Assembly: GCA_023228445.1 (NCBI GenBank)
Contig: JALOBD010000001.1
Location: forward strand, 1,101 to 65,100
Length of the DNA: 64,000 bases
Direction: 5' to 3'
Origin: Sphaerochaeta sp.
GTDB lineage: Bacteria > Spirochaetota > Spirochaetia > Sphaerochaetales > Sphaerochaetaceae
Shown here: piece after piece, positions 48,944 to 58,587 of the stretch
Position numbering within the stretch: position 1 is the stretch's first letter
Layout: each line of letters begins with the position of its first letter
The notes under the pieces: model-generated
Database searches by the model: none
What the model was told of the DNA's origin: nothing
The model's input: the letters and a program-made list of their open reading frames with translations, nothing else
Program-made: the position numbers and the translations under genes

Positions 48944-49500
48944 AACCCTGAGAGGAGGATCCTCACGGCAATGAGCATGAGGATTCCCCCGCCGGCCATA
49001 CCAGCTCTCCGCTGGAGCCTGATGCCCCAGCGGTTGCCGATGGCGACCGCTGCGAGGCAGAGGGTGAAGGTCACCACGCCGATGGTGGTGCTGGCCATAA
49101 GGATGTCGACGCGCAAGAGGCTGAAGGAAACTCCCACCGCCAACGCATCGATACTGGTGGCGATGCTGAGCAGAAAGAGCTCCTTGGCGTGAATGCGGTC
49201 GAAGGCTTGCATGGGACATCCATCGCCAGCGTGAAGTGTATCCCAGAGCATCTTTGCCCCGACCGCTGCCAGGATGAAGAAGGCAACCCAGTGGCTCATC
49301 GCACAGAAGAGGTGGTCGAATTGAACCCCCAGTGCCCAGCCGATGATCGGCATGAAGGCTTGAAAGAGACCGAATGAGAGGGCGATGATACACCCTTGGG
49401 CGAAGGTTGCCCGCCTCATTCTCAGTCCTTTGCACAGTGAGACGGCAAACGCGTCCATCGACAGCCCACAGGCGATGACCAAGAGCTCGATACGTCCCAA
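48940..49500 (-). CDS. mntP: Manganese efflux pump MntP family
   Basis: GLSMDAFAVS, FGLFQAFMP, ATSIDALAVG; TTG start after AAGGAAGG. Confidence 0.92.
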   Translation of the reverse strand: MGRIELLVIACGLSMDAFAVSLCKGLRMRRATFAQGCIIALSFGLFQAFMPIIGWALGVQFDHLFCAMSHWVAFFILAAVGAKMLWDTLHAGDGCPMQAFDRIHAKELFLLSIATSIDALAVGVSFSLLRVDILMASTTIGVVTFTLCLAAVAIGNRWGIRLQRRAGMAGGGILMLIAVRILLSGF

Positions 49501-49574
49501 CCCCAACCTTCCTTCCTTGATGTGGGGTGAGTATACGCCCTTTTTAGACACGAGACAAGCAGAACGTGCGATTC

Positions 49575-49588
49575 GTTGGAAATCCAAC
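49575..49588. promoter_or_regulatory. Palindrome upstream of hcp, candidate CRP/FNR-family operator
   Basis: GTTGGA-AA-TCCAAC, about 95 nt before the hcp start. Confidence 0.4.
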
Positions 49589-49683
49589 ATACAGAGGGTG
49601 ATAGTCCTTGCTATCTTCTTGGTAAGGAACCGAGAGCCGGGCGCGCCCGGCTTCATACGAATACCATTTTTTAGGAGCATTGC

Positions 49684-51318
49684 ATGGACTACAAGATGTT
49701 CTGTTTCCAGTGTCAGGAAACAGCGCGCAATTACGGATGCACCAAGGCCGGCGTCTGCGGAAAACAACCTGAGACCTCCAACTTGATGGATCTCCTGATC
49801 TGGGTGACCAAAGGCTTGGCCCAGGTTGCCACCCGCCAGCGCAGTGAGGGCAAGCGGGTCTTGCCTGAAGTGAACCATATCGTCACCTACAACCTCTTTT
49901 TGACCATCACCAACGCCAACTTTGATGATGAGAAGGTCATTGAGCGGATAGTGCTCACCATTGGTGCCAAAGAAACGCTGCGCAAGGAGCTCGTAAGCCA
50001 ACACGACTTGAGCGAGGCTGCGCTCTTTGCCAACACCTCGGTCGCTGCCTACGAAGAGCTCTCCAAGACGGTGGGCGTGCTCAGTGAGACAAACGAGGAT
50101 GTGCGCAGCCTCAAGGAGCTGGTCACCTACGGCCTCAAGGGCGTGGCTGCCTACTCCAAGCACGCCAACAACCTGGTCAAGGAGAACGAGGAGCTCGATG
50201 CGTTCATCCAGCGCGCCCTCAGCGACCTGCTGGAGGAGAAGAGCGTTGATGAGCTGGTCGCACTGACCCTTGAGACGGGTAGATGGGGCGTGGAAGGCAT
50301 GGCGCTCCTCGATGCAGCCAATACCACCACCTACGGCAATCCCGAGATGACCCGTGTCAAGCTCGGAGTGGGCAAAAACCCCGGTATCCTCATCAGCGGC
50401 CACGACCTGCGTGACTTGGAGATGCTGCTCAAGCAGACAGAGGGAAGTGGCGTGGACGTCTACACCCACTCGGAGATGCTGCCGGCCCACTACTACCCCG
50501 CCTTCAAGCAGTATGATCACTTCTACGGTAACTACGGCAACGCCTGGTGGATGCAGAAGAAGGAGTTCGAATCCTTCAACGGCCCGATCCTGATGACCAC
50601 CAACTGCATCGTCCCCCCCTCTGCCTCGTACAAGGAGCGCCTCTTCACCACCGGAGCCACCGGCTTTCCCGGTTGCAAGCATATCGAAGGGGGAATCGGA
50701 GAGGAGAAGGACTTTGGACAGATCATTGCACTGGCAAAGACGTGCCCGCCCCCGACGCAGATCGAGGAGGGGGAGCTGGTTGGCGGCTTTGCCCACAACC
50801 AGGTCTTCGCCCTCGCCGACCAGGTGATCGACGCCATCAAACGTGGTGCCATCCGCAAGTTCGTCGTGATGGGAGGGTGTGACGGGCGTGCCAAGAGTCG
50901 CGAGTACTACACCGAGTTCGCCAAGGCGCTGCCCAAGGATACGGTGATCCTCACCGCCGGGTGTGCCAAGTACAAGTACATCAAACTCGACCTTGGCGAT
51001 ATCGGCGGCATCCCCCGGGTCCTCGATGCCGGGCAGTGCAACGACAGCTACTCGCTGGCTCTCATCGCCCTCAAACTCAAGGAGATCTTCGCCCTTGAGG
51101 ACATCAATGAGTTGCCCATCGCCTACAATATCGCGTGGTACGAGCAGAAGGCGGTCATCGTACTCTTGGCCCTGCTCTCCCTGGGAGTGAAGAACATCCA
51201 CCTTGGCCCGACACTGCCCGCCTTCCTCTCACCGAACGTAGCCAATGTGTTGGTGGAGAACTTCTCCATCGCCCCCATCGGCAGTGTGGAGGATGACGTG
51301 GCTGCCCTCGTCGGCTGA
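49684..51318 (+). CDS. hcp: Hybrid cluster protein (hydroxylamine reductase)
   Basis: MFCFQCQET...GC...GVCGK, SGHDL, YTHSEM, GGCDG, AGCAK, GQCND, WYEQK. Confidence 0.98.
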   Translation: MDYKMFCFQCQETARNYGCTKAGVCGKQPETSNLMDLLIWVTKGLAQVATRQRSEGKRVLPEVNHIVTYNLFLTITNANFDDEKVIERIVLTIGAKETLRKELVSQHDLSEAALFANTSVAAYEELSKTVGVLSETNEDVRSLKELVTYGLKGVAAYSKHANNLVKENEELDAFIQRALSDLLEEKSVDELVALTLETGRWGVEGMALLDAANTTTYGNPEMTRVKLGVGKNPGILISGHDLRDLEMLLKQTEGSGVDVYTHSEMLPAHYYPAFKQYDHFYGNYGNAWWMQKKEFESFNGPILMTTNCIVPPSASYKERLFTTGATGFPGCKHIEGGIGEEKDFGQIIALAKTCPPPTQIEEGELVGGFAHNQVFALADQVIDAIKRGAIRKFVVMGGCDGRAKSREYYTEFAKALPKDTVILTAGCAKYKYIKLDLGDIGGIPRVLDAGQCNDSYSLALIALKLKEIFALEDINELPIAYNIAWYEQKAVIVLLALLSLGVKNIHLGPTLPAFLSPNVANVLVENFSIAPIGSVEDDVAALVG

Positions 51319-51336
51319 CCACTCTCCAAGATTCGT

Positions 51337-51363
51337 GGACCCCCTGGCCAGGGGGTCCGTTTT
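51337..51363 (+). terminator. Intrinsic terminator after hcp
   Basis: GGACCCCCTGGCCAGGGGGTCC followed by GTTTT. Confidence 0.8.
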
Positions 51364-51410
51364 GAGTGTGCCCGCTTGCAAAATTACCGGTGGTACAGCA
51401 CACTATCGGC

Positions 51411-53480
51411 ATGAAAGAAACCACCCCTACAACAAAGGACAACGCGGTTCGTGCAGCCAGGATTATCATTGATCGCTACCTCTCTCACCACGATGAGAAG
51501 GCGTATACCTATCGCCCATTCGTCAAGGGAGGCATCTATCGCCGAGCAGACTATCGCTACCGTGCCGATATGCAAACGCTCCTCCCCGAGGCACCGTTGG
51601 GGACCTTCACCTATCTCTGGGCGACGAAAGAGGCGACGGCTGAATCGACGCTCCGCTTTGCCTTGATCCCCTACGGACCGGTGAAGATCTTTGTCAACGG
51701 GACCCTCTGTGCGCGCAGCGACATCTTTTGTGAGCGCTGGCGGAGCAAGGTAATCTTCGACCTTCCGCTGCAGGAGGGGACCAATGACATCGTCTTGGAG
51801 TGCGAGAACACCAGTGGTGGGTTTGGCGGTGAGTTCGGCACTTGGGTGGGCAAGCTCGACTACTACTTCTTGACCCCCGATGGAGCGATGGAGGGGGTGT
51901 GGTACTCAGCGCCGATCAACGAGGAGCTTGATACCGTAGATCGCTCTTCCCTTGCCGGGCTCTCGTGGCACAACGCCACACCACCGCGCTCATCAGACCG
52001 CTTCGACCTGGGGGAGATCTTTCCCGATGCCCCGTCTGGCGCAAAGGCGGTGGTCGTCACGTCGGTGACCGTGGACTCAAAGACCACGTGCCTCGTCGAG
52101 GCGAACGCCCCGCTCTTCATCGACGGGGAGGCGGTGACATCGCGGATGGACCTTGGCAGAGGAACCCACATCGTGATGAGCCACAGCGAGATTGCAACGC
52201 CCCTCCAGGTGCGTATCACCGATGAAGAGCGTGGTGAGGTGTTGGCCCTCGCCAATCCCGTCCTGCCCGCGGAGAGCCCCTACCGGATCCTCGTCGCCGG
52301 GCCCTTTGCATCAACTTCGGCAGCGTTTCCCCTCCAGTACACCAAACCCTTCCAGTGCACCGACGGTCTTGGCTTTTGGCGTCTTGAGGGCAAGGACACC
52401 TACCTGAGGATGTACAACGACAATGAGCTCTTCGGCCACTGGAACTACCCCTTGGGGGTCACCCTGTATGGCTTGGTAGAGATGGAGCGCCTCTTCAAAT
52501 CCATCGATGCGACGGTCAGCGAACGAATCCACGCGCTGCTCCTCTCCCACATGCAGCAGAGTATCGATACCTACGCCTATGCGCTCTGGGACAAGGAGGC
52601 GTTCGGTGGCGCGACGGCTGTCCACCACCTGATGACGAGCCTGGACAGCCTCGACGACTGCGGCTCCTTCGGCGCTACGGTGCTGGAGGTGGCCGCCGAT
52701 CATGATCTGGAGGGGTACGAACGCTTGGTTGGTGTGGTCGGCCAATACATCAGTGAACAGCAACCACGATTGCCTGACGGTACCTTCTACCGAACCGGCT
52801 TGATGCACGAGTTTCATGAGAACACCCTATGGGTGGACGACCTGTACATGTCGGTCCCCTTCCTCATCCGCTGGGCTGCCCACACCGGCGATGATCGCCA
52901 TCTTGCGGATGCAATAGCCCAAATCGATGGCTTCTTCAACCTCCTCTACATGGAGGATCAACAGCTGATGAGCCACGTCTACGACTTTGAGCGGGATATC
53001 GCCACCGGCATCCCGTGGGGGAGGGGCAATGGATGGGCGCTCTTCAGCCTCAGTGAACTGCTCTCTGTGATGGATGAACACCACCGTGACCGTCAGCGGA
53101 TGGTAGAGCGCTTTTGCCAGCTCAGTGAGGGATTCCTCCGCCTCCAGGATGCGGATGGGATGTTCCACCAAGTGTTGGATATGCCCTCTTCCTATCAGGA
53201 GAGCAGCTGCACGGCGATGTTCGCCGCCGCCTGCTCGCGAGGGATCAGGGGCGGGTGGTTTGAGGAGAACGGGGTGTATGAAGAGGCGGTTGCGCGGGCC
53301 ATAGACGGACTGCTCACCCATGCCATCGACCGGGAGGGACGGGTACTCGGCGTATGTCGGGGCAGTGAGTTCTCCTGCTCACGCCACTACTACGCCGAAC
53401 AGCTTCTCGCCCGCATCGACGATACGCATGGCATCGGCATCATCCTCTTGGCATTGAGAGAGTACCTCCTGCTTCGCTAG
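51411..53480 (+). CDS. GH105/GH88-family unsaturated glycuronyl hydrolase with long N-terminal extension
   Basis: WNYPLGV, LDDCG, LWVDDLYM, WGRGNGW, ESSCTAMF. Confidence 0.88.
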   Translation: MKETTPTTKDNAVRAARIIIDRYLSHHDEKAYTYRPFVKGGIYRRADYRYRADMQTLLPEAPLGTFTYLWATKEATAESTLRFALIPYGPVKIFVNGTLCARSDIFCERWRSKVIFDLPLQEGTNDIVLECENTSGGFGGEFGTWVGKLDYYFLTPDGAMEGVWYSAPINEELDTVDRSSLAGLSWHNATPPRSSDRFDLGEIFPDAPSGAKAVVVTSVTVDSKTTCLVEANAPLFIDGEAVTSRMDLGRGTHIVMSHSEIATPLQVRITDEERGEVLALANPVLPAESPYRILVAGPFASTSAAFPLQYTKPFQCTDGLGFWRLEGKDTYLRMYNDNELFGHWNYPLGVTLYGLVEMERLFKSIDATVSERIHALLLSHMQQSIDTYAYALWDKEAFGGATAVHHLMTSLDSLDDCGSFGATVLEVAADHDLEGYERLVGVVGQYISEQQPRLPDGTFYRTGLMHEFHENTLWVDDLYMSVPFLIRWAAHTGDDRHLADAIAQIDGFFNLLYMEDQQLMSHVYDFERDIATGIPWGRGNGWALFSLSELLSVMDEHHRDRQRMVERFCQLSEGFLRLQDADGMFHQVLDMPSSYQESSCTAMFAAACSRGIRGGWFEENGVYEEAVARAIDGLLTHAIDREGRVLGVCRGSEFSCSRHYYAEQLLARIDDTHGIGIILLALREYLLLR

Positions 53481-54325
53481 CCCTTCAGACCGGTGGTCAC
53501 CAAGCCTTGGACGATGTGCTTTTGGAAGATAAGGAAGATGATGAGCACCGGCAGCAGACTCAGCGTCCCCATGGCGAAGATCGCCGACCAGTCGGTTGAG
53601 GTCATCGGGTCGCTGAACATCCGCAGCGCCAGTGATACGGTGAAGAGGCGGATCTTGTTCAAGTAGAGCAGCGGGCCGAGGAAGTCGTCCCACCTCCAGT
53701 AGAAGCTGAAGATCGTGCTGGTGATGACAGCCGGTCCAATGAGGGGGAAGATGATCCGAGAGAAGATACTGAAGCGGTTGCACCCATCGATCTTTGCCGA
53801 GTCGTCCAACTCGTAGGGGATCTGGCGGATGAACTGGACCATCAAGAAGATGAAGAAGGGGACTCCGGCGAATTGCGGGATGATGAGGGGCTTGAAGCTG
53901 TTGATCCACCCCAGCTTGTGGAAGATGATGAACTGCGGCACCATGACCACCTGGTAGGGGATCATGATGGTCAAGAACATGCAGGCGTACCAGAAGGAAC
54001 GACCCCTGAACGGGATGCGGGCAAAGCCGTACCCGACCAACGCGGAGGCGATCACCGCCCCGATCGTCGAGATGATCGTATAGTAGAACGAGTTGTAGAA
54101 GAAGACCGAGAACGAGACGGAGCGGTTGAACTCCCATCCGCGGATGAAGTTGTCCAGTTTCCACGATGAGGGGAGCAGGACCCCTGAGTTGAAGATCTCC
54201 GCGTTTGTCTTGAAGGAGTTGAAGAACATCCACAGGATGGGGTAGAGCATCACATACCCGAGGGCGATGACGATGATGTGGAAGAGACTCTCTTTGATGA
54301 TGTAGCGCATGCGGTGTTCGGTCAT
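53477..54325 (-). CDS. Carbohydrate ABC transporter permease (YesQ-like)
   Basis: GYGFAR, EAA-like ELDDSAKIDG, WDDFLGPLLYL. Confidence 0.94.
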   Translation of the reverse strand: MTEHRMRYIIKESLFHIIVIALGYVMLYPILWMFFNSFKTNAEIFNSGVLLPSSWKLDNFIRGWEFNRSVSFSVFFYNSFYYTIISTIGAVIASALVGYGFARIPFRGRSFWYACMFLTIMIPYQVVMVPQFIIFHKLGWINSFKPLIIPQFAGVPFFIFLMVQFIRQIPYELDDSAKIDGCNRFSIFSRIIFPLIGPAVITSTIFSFYWRWDDFLGPLLYLNKIRLFTVSLALRMFSDPMTSTDWSAIFAMGTLSLLPVLIIFLIFQKHIVQGLVTTGLKG

Positions 54326-54326
54326 A

Positions 54327-55241
54327 TCACTTGCCCTCCTTTGATTCGTAGAAGACCCAGCTGGTGGAGGTCTTGAAGACGACGGCCGTCATCAAGCCGA
54401 TGATGAGCACGAGGACCCATGCCATGGCGCTGCTGTAGCCCATGTTGTAGTACTTGAAGGCCCGCTGGTAGAGGTAGAGGGCGTAGACGAGCGTAGAGTT
54501 CATGGGATCTCCCGACCCCCCCGAGACGACAAACGCCTGGGTGAAGACGGTGAAACCGTTGATCAGCTGCATGACGAGGTTGAAGAAGATCACCGGGGTG
54601 ACCTGCGGGACGGTGATGTGGAGGAACTTGCGCAGTGCGCCAGCCCCATCGATGGAAGCCGCCTCATAGTACTCACGGGGAATCTGCCTGAGGCCGGCGA
54701 GGAAGATCAGCATCGATGAGCCGAACTGCCAGACGGCGAGGATGATCAGCGTCCAGATGGCGGTGTCGGGGCTGCCGATCCACGAGTAGTCGGTGATGAT
54801 GCCGATTTTGGCCAATGTTGCATTGAGCACGCCATCAGCGATGAAGATGCGTCTCCACATCACCGCGATGGCGATCGAGCCACCGACGAGTGAGGGGACG
54901 TAGTAGACCGCCTGGTAGACCCTGATGGCCCGGGTGCCCCGGTTGAAGAGCATCGCCACAAAGAAGGCGAAGAGGAGGCGAAGCGGCACGGAGATGAAGG
55001 CGTAGAAGAAGGTGACCTTCAACGACTGCCAGAAGAGCGCATCGTGGGCCATCCGCCGGAAGTTCTCAAAGCCGATGAAGAGCGCCTTTCCGAGGATGTT
55101 ATAGTTGGTGAACGAATAGTAGAGCGAGAAGAAGATGGGGATGATGGAGAATGCGATGAAGCCGAGCAGCCAAGGGCTGATGAAGGCGTATCCTGCGATA
55201 TCATCGGCCAATGATCGTTTGGGCCGTATGGTCTGTTTCAT
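54327..55241 (-). CDS. Carbohydrate ABC transporter permease (YesP-like)
   Basis: FISPWLLGF, YEAASIDGA, MGYSSAMAW. Confidence 0.94.
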   Translation of the reverse strand: MKQTIRPKRSLADDIAGYAFISPWLLGFIAFSIIPIFFSLYYSFTNYNILGKALFIGFENFRRMAHDALFWQSLKVTFFYAFISVPLRLLFAFFVAMLFNRGTRAIRVYQAVYYVPSLVGGSIAIAVMWRRIFIADGVLNATLAKIGIITDYSWIGSPDTAIWTLIILAVWQFGSSMLIFLAGLRQIPREYYEAASIDGAGALRKFLHITVPQVTPVIFFNLVMQLINGFTVFTQAFVVSGGSGDPMNSTLVYALYLYQRAFKYYNMGYSSAMAWVLVLIIGLMTAVVFKTSTSWVFYESKEGK

Positions 55242-55275
55242 TGCAACTCCCTAAAAGAAATGGTGGTGAGAGAGA

Positions 55276-55301
55276 AGGAGACCCGGTGATCCGGGTCTCC
55301 T
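55276..55301 (-). terminator. Intercistronic hairpin after the binding-protein gene
   Basis: AGGAGACCCGG-TGAT-CCGGGTCTCCT; typical mRNA stabiliser or partial terminator position. Confidence 0.7.
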
Positions 55302-55317
55302 GATTCGGTTACCCTCT

Positions 55318-56598
55318 CTATCTGAGGATATTGTTCCCTTCATTCATGATTTTGGCAACACCTGCGTCCAGGCTGATCCGCTTGAGCAGGATCTCCAGGG
55401 TCACGTCACGTGCCATCTTCAAGAACTCACCGGCGGCCGGAGGATCGGGTGGATCGATCGAACCGCTGTTGGTCGAGGCGAGGCTGATGAAGTCGAAGAT
55501 CTGCTTGTTGATCGCGTCGACCTTCGTAGCCATGTGCGCCCGCACATCGTCGGGAATCGGGATGCCACGCTCACCCATCAACATGTCGTTGACCTCGATG
55601 TCGTTGAGGAAGTAGTTGAGGAACCGTGCCGCATCCTTGGGATTCTCCGCGCTGGCGGGAATCGAGAAGAACATCGACGGCTTGAGGTAGGTTCCCTTCG
55701 CCTTGGCGCCTTTGAGGATCGGCATCAGGCCAAGCTCCAAGGGTCGGCCGGCAGCCGCCTGTGTGGCGACAAACTGGTTGGACCAGATGAACTCCACCCA
55801 GGACTTGCCCTTGGCAAACTCACCCTCCTCAGGGGAGACGGAGACAAACGCGACTTCGGGTCTAACCAATGCACCGGCATCGAGGAGCCGCAGCTGGATG
55901 GCATAGAACTCACGCAGTGCCGCAACATCGGTGAAGCCGAGTCCTGTGGTGCCAAAGAGCTTGGCTCCGGTCTGGCGGATCAGGTGCTCGAAGCCAACCC
56001 GGGGGTCGGTGGTGAAGAACGGAAGGGTCTGCACACCAGTCTTGCGGTAGACCTCCAGTGCGATGCGCTCGAAGTCTTCCCACGTCCAGGTTGCGGTGTT
56101 CGGCTTGGCGATTCCCGCCCTGGCCAACACTGCCGGATCGTAGGTGAGACAGACGGCGTTCGTTCCGAGGCTGATACCGTAGATCTTGCCATCGACCATA
56201 CCGCCGGTGAGGAAGGACTCATTGACCTTGGAGAGGTCGATGGTGCCATCCTTGACGTATGGGGTCAGGTCGGCCAGCTGGTTGTCGACCACCCACTGCA
56301 GCATGTACGCATAGTCATGCTGGATCAGGTCGGGAAGACTGCCAGCCACTGCCTGGGTGGCGAGCTTGTCCCAATACCCTGCCCAACCGGTGGTCTCACT
56401 CTCGATCTTGACACCGGGGTACTTGGCCATGAACATATCGGCGGCCTTCAGGGTCCGTTCATCACGGGTGGGGTTGCCCCACCATGCCAAGCGCATCGTC
56501 GACTCAGCTTTTTCTTCTGCAGCCGGCATTGCGAAGAGCAGACCGGGCAACAGGATCAGAGCAACGAGAGCCAGCATGAACATTCGTTTCTTTGTCAT
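55318..56598 (-). CDS. Carbohydrate ABC substrate-binding protein (YesO-like)
   Basis: Signal peptide, LAWWG, YWDKLATQ...PD, WTWEDF, KPSM. Confidence 0.93.
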   Translation of the reverse strand: MTKKRMFMLALVALILLPGLLFAMPAAEEKAESTMRLAWWGNPTRDERTLKAADMFMAKYPGVKIESETTGWAGYWDKLATQAVAGSLPDLIQHDYAYMLQWVVDNQLADLTPYVKDGTIDLSKVNESFLTGGMVDGKIYGISLGTNAVCLTYDPAVLARAGIAKPNTATWTWEDFERIALEVYRKTGVQTLPFFTTDPRVGFEHLIRQTGAKLFGTTGLGFTDVAALREFYAIQLRLLDAGALVRPEVAFVSVSPEEGEFAKGKSWVEFIWSNQFVATQAAAGRPLELGLMPILKGAKAKGTYLKPSMFFSIPASAENPKDAARFLNYFLNDIEVNDMLMGERGIPIPDDVRAHMATKVDAINKQIFDFISLASTNSGSIDPPDPPAAGEFLKMARDVTLEILLKRISLDAGVAKIMNEGNNILR

Positions 56599-56799
56599 GT
56601 GAATCCTCCTTCAGGATGGAGCCTAGAGCACAGACAGCCTCAGGCATACTGAGCCTTGACTGAACCGGTGCGACTTCTTTGGACTCCTATATAACTCCCT
56701 GTATGTATATTTTGACACGTTTTGTTAATTCTGCAATGAGGGTATTGTCATTATTTAGCACTATTTTATCATAATTGTGGTATTTCTTCACATCTGTGG

Positions 56800-56832
56800 A
56801 AAAGAAGCCCCCTCCCACAAGCGGGGAGGGGG
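56800..56832 (-). terminator. Intrinsic terminator after efp
   Basis: Minus strand CCCCCTCCC-loop-GGGAGGGGG followed by CTTCTTTT. Confidence 0.75.
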
Positions 56833-56853
56833 ATGTATCACGATGGGGCGGTG

Positions 56854-57417
56854 TCAATTGTTGACGCGCTCAATGTACTCCCGCGTCTCGGTGTTCACCC
56901 GGATCTTCTCGCCCTGCTTGATGAAGATCGGAACGCGGACCTTCAGGCCCGTCTCGGTGGTCACATACTTGGTGGCGCCTTGGACGGTGTCACCCTTGAC
57001 GGCTTCCTCAGCCTCGGCGACCAGGTAGACGACCTTCGGCGGAATCTGGATTTCGAGCAACTGGGACTCCCAGAAGGTACAGCGGTACGTCTCCCCATCC
57101 TTCATCAAGAACTCGTAGTCGGGGAAGGTCGCCATTGGAACCTCAATCTGCTCGAAGGTATCGGTGAGCATGAGGTGGAAACTCTCTCCATCGTTGTAGA
57201 GATACTGGCAGTCGCGGTCGGCGACGACGATGTCCTCGGCGTTGTCCTGGCTCTTCATCGTCTCCTGTAGCACCTGGCCGGTGGAGGGGCTCTTCAGCTT
57301 CAGTCGGACGAAGGCCGACCCCTTGCCGGGGTTCACAAACTCTCGGTCCACGACGATGAAGGGTTGTCCCTTGATCAACAAGGCGGTTCCCTTCTCAATT
57401 TGACCAGCTTTAATCAT
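56854..57417 (-). CDS. efp: Elongation factor P (Lys34, PGKG loop)
   Basis: NPGKGSAFVR, KGDT, ETG..V.VP.FI..GE.I.V.T...Y..R. Confidence 0.98.
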   Translation of the reverse strand: MIKAGQIEKGTALLIKGQPFIVVDREFVNPGKGSAFVRLKLKSPSTGQVLQETMKSQDNAEDIVVADRDCQYLYNDGESFHLMLTDTFEQIEVPMATFPDYEFLMKDGETYRCTFWESQLLEIQIPPKVVYLVAEAEEAVKGDTVQGATKYVTTETGLKVRVPIFIKQGEKIRVNTETREYIERVNN

Positions 57418-57536
57418 ATACATTACCTCATATGGTTACAGAATACACGAAATACACCATTGAATCGTATCAGAAAGATGAAATTTAATCATCCCCTTCG
57501 AATGCCAAACAATTGTGCCACCGTTGGCAGAAGGGG

Positions 57537-58520
57537 TCAGCCCCCTGTGTCGCCCAGGATCCTCGACAGTGGGAAGAGCAACACCTCATCGAGGCTCTGC
57601 CTTCCCATCAAGAGCATCTGCAGGCGATCGAGGCCCATGGCAACTCCGCTTACCGGAGGCATGGCTGCGATGATGCGTGCAAAATCCACATCGATGTCAG
57701 GGATCGGCATGCCGTTGCGGGAGCGCTTCTCTATCAAGCGGGCGTACTCGTTGCTATAGTACCCCTCGATCTTCTGCAGCCGTCGCTCCTCGTTGTAGCA
57801 GTTGGCAAGCTCGACGCCCCCACCATAGAGTTCCCAGCGCCGGCGCCACGCACCCTCCTGCATCGCCAGGCACTCGATCTGGGCGGGGTAGCGGTCGAGT
57901 ACCAGCGGCTTTTCTTGGGGGAGGTTCGGCTCGACGAAGGTGAGGAAGATCCGGTTGAAGGTCTCCTGCCAGCTCTCCCTCTCATCGGGCACCGAGAGGC
58001 CGAGCCGTCGTGCCTCGGCTGCGAGCGAGATTTGGCGTTGGTGGTCTTCCAAGTCGATGCCGGTATTCACCCAGGTCGCCTCCGCGACCGTGAGGTGGGA
58101 GAAGGGGGGACGGAGGTGGTCGGGGGTATCCTTGTCGGCGAGGGCGGCAAAAAGCTCTTCGGTGATGAGGATCGAGTCCTGCTCATCCGCCTCCACGGTA
58201 TAGTACTCCAGCATGGTGAACTCGGGGTTGTGGTTCGCCCCCACCTGCTCGCTGTTACGAAAGCAGTGGCTGATCTGATAGAGGCTGCCCCAGCCATCGG
58301 CGATGAGGCGTTTCATGTACACCTCGGGCGAAGGGACGAGGTAGAGCTCCTGTGATGGCAAGAAGGGGTTGTCGAAGCGGGTGGCGAAGTTTTCGATCGT
58401 CGATTCAGGGATCAGGGTGGGGCTGAGGATCGGTGTGTCGACCTCAAGGTACGAACGCTCGTCAAAAAACGAGCGGATGTGTCTCATCATCCGGCTGCGA
58501 AACCGTGCTGCATCTCTCAT
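57537..58520 (-). CDS. epmA: EF-P beta-lysyltransferase (GenX/PoxA)
   Basis: LysRS catalytic domain without anticodon domain: SPEVYMKRL, FRNSE, HNPEFTMLEYY, GVELAN, GVAMGLDRL; next to efp. Confidence 0.93.
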   Translation of the reverse strand: MRDAARFRSRMMRHIRSFFDERSYLEVDTPILSPTLIPESTIENFATRFDNPFLPSQELYLVPSPEVYMKRLIADGWGSLYQISHCFRNSEQVGANHNPEFTMLEYYTVEADEQDSILITEELFAALADKDTPDHLRPPFSHLTVAEATWVNTGIDLEDHQRQISLAAEARRLGLSVPDERESWQETFNRIFLTFVEPNLPQEKPLVLDRYPAQIECLAMQEGAWRRRWELYGGGVELANCYNEERRLQKIEGYYSNEYARLIEKRSRNGMPIPDIDVDFARIIAAMPPVSGVAMGLDRLQMLLMGRQSLDEVLLFPLSRILGDTGG

Positions 58521-58587
58521 GGACCCATCATAATCGTCGGCTGGCCTCTGTTGCAAGCAAGCGGCGCACTACAGTATACTTGGGCCC
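58521..58587. promoter_or_regulatory. Symmetric bidirectional leaderless promoter epmA/mnmE
   Basis: Shared TTGCAA 58551-56; TATACT 58575-80 (+) and TATGAT 58527-32 (-), both with 18-nt spacers. Confidence 0.7.

Noticed and set aside
49501-49683. yybP-ykoY Mn riboswitch upstream of mntP
   Set aside because: No consensus motifs, and the predicted leader is too short
48940-51201. 753-aa minus-strand ORF suggesting a large MntP fusion
   Set aside because: The first ~565 aa are the antisense shadow of hcp plus spacer; the real mntP starts at TTG 49500 with its own SD and promoter
57424-57536. AT-rich spacer near mnmE/mnmG as replication origin
   Set aside because: No TTATCCACA-type boxes; consistent with the efp promoter region
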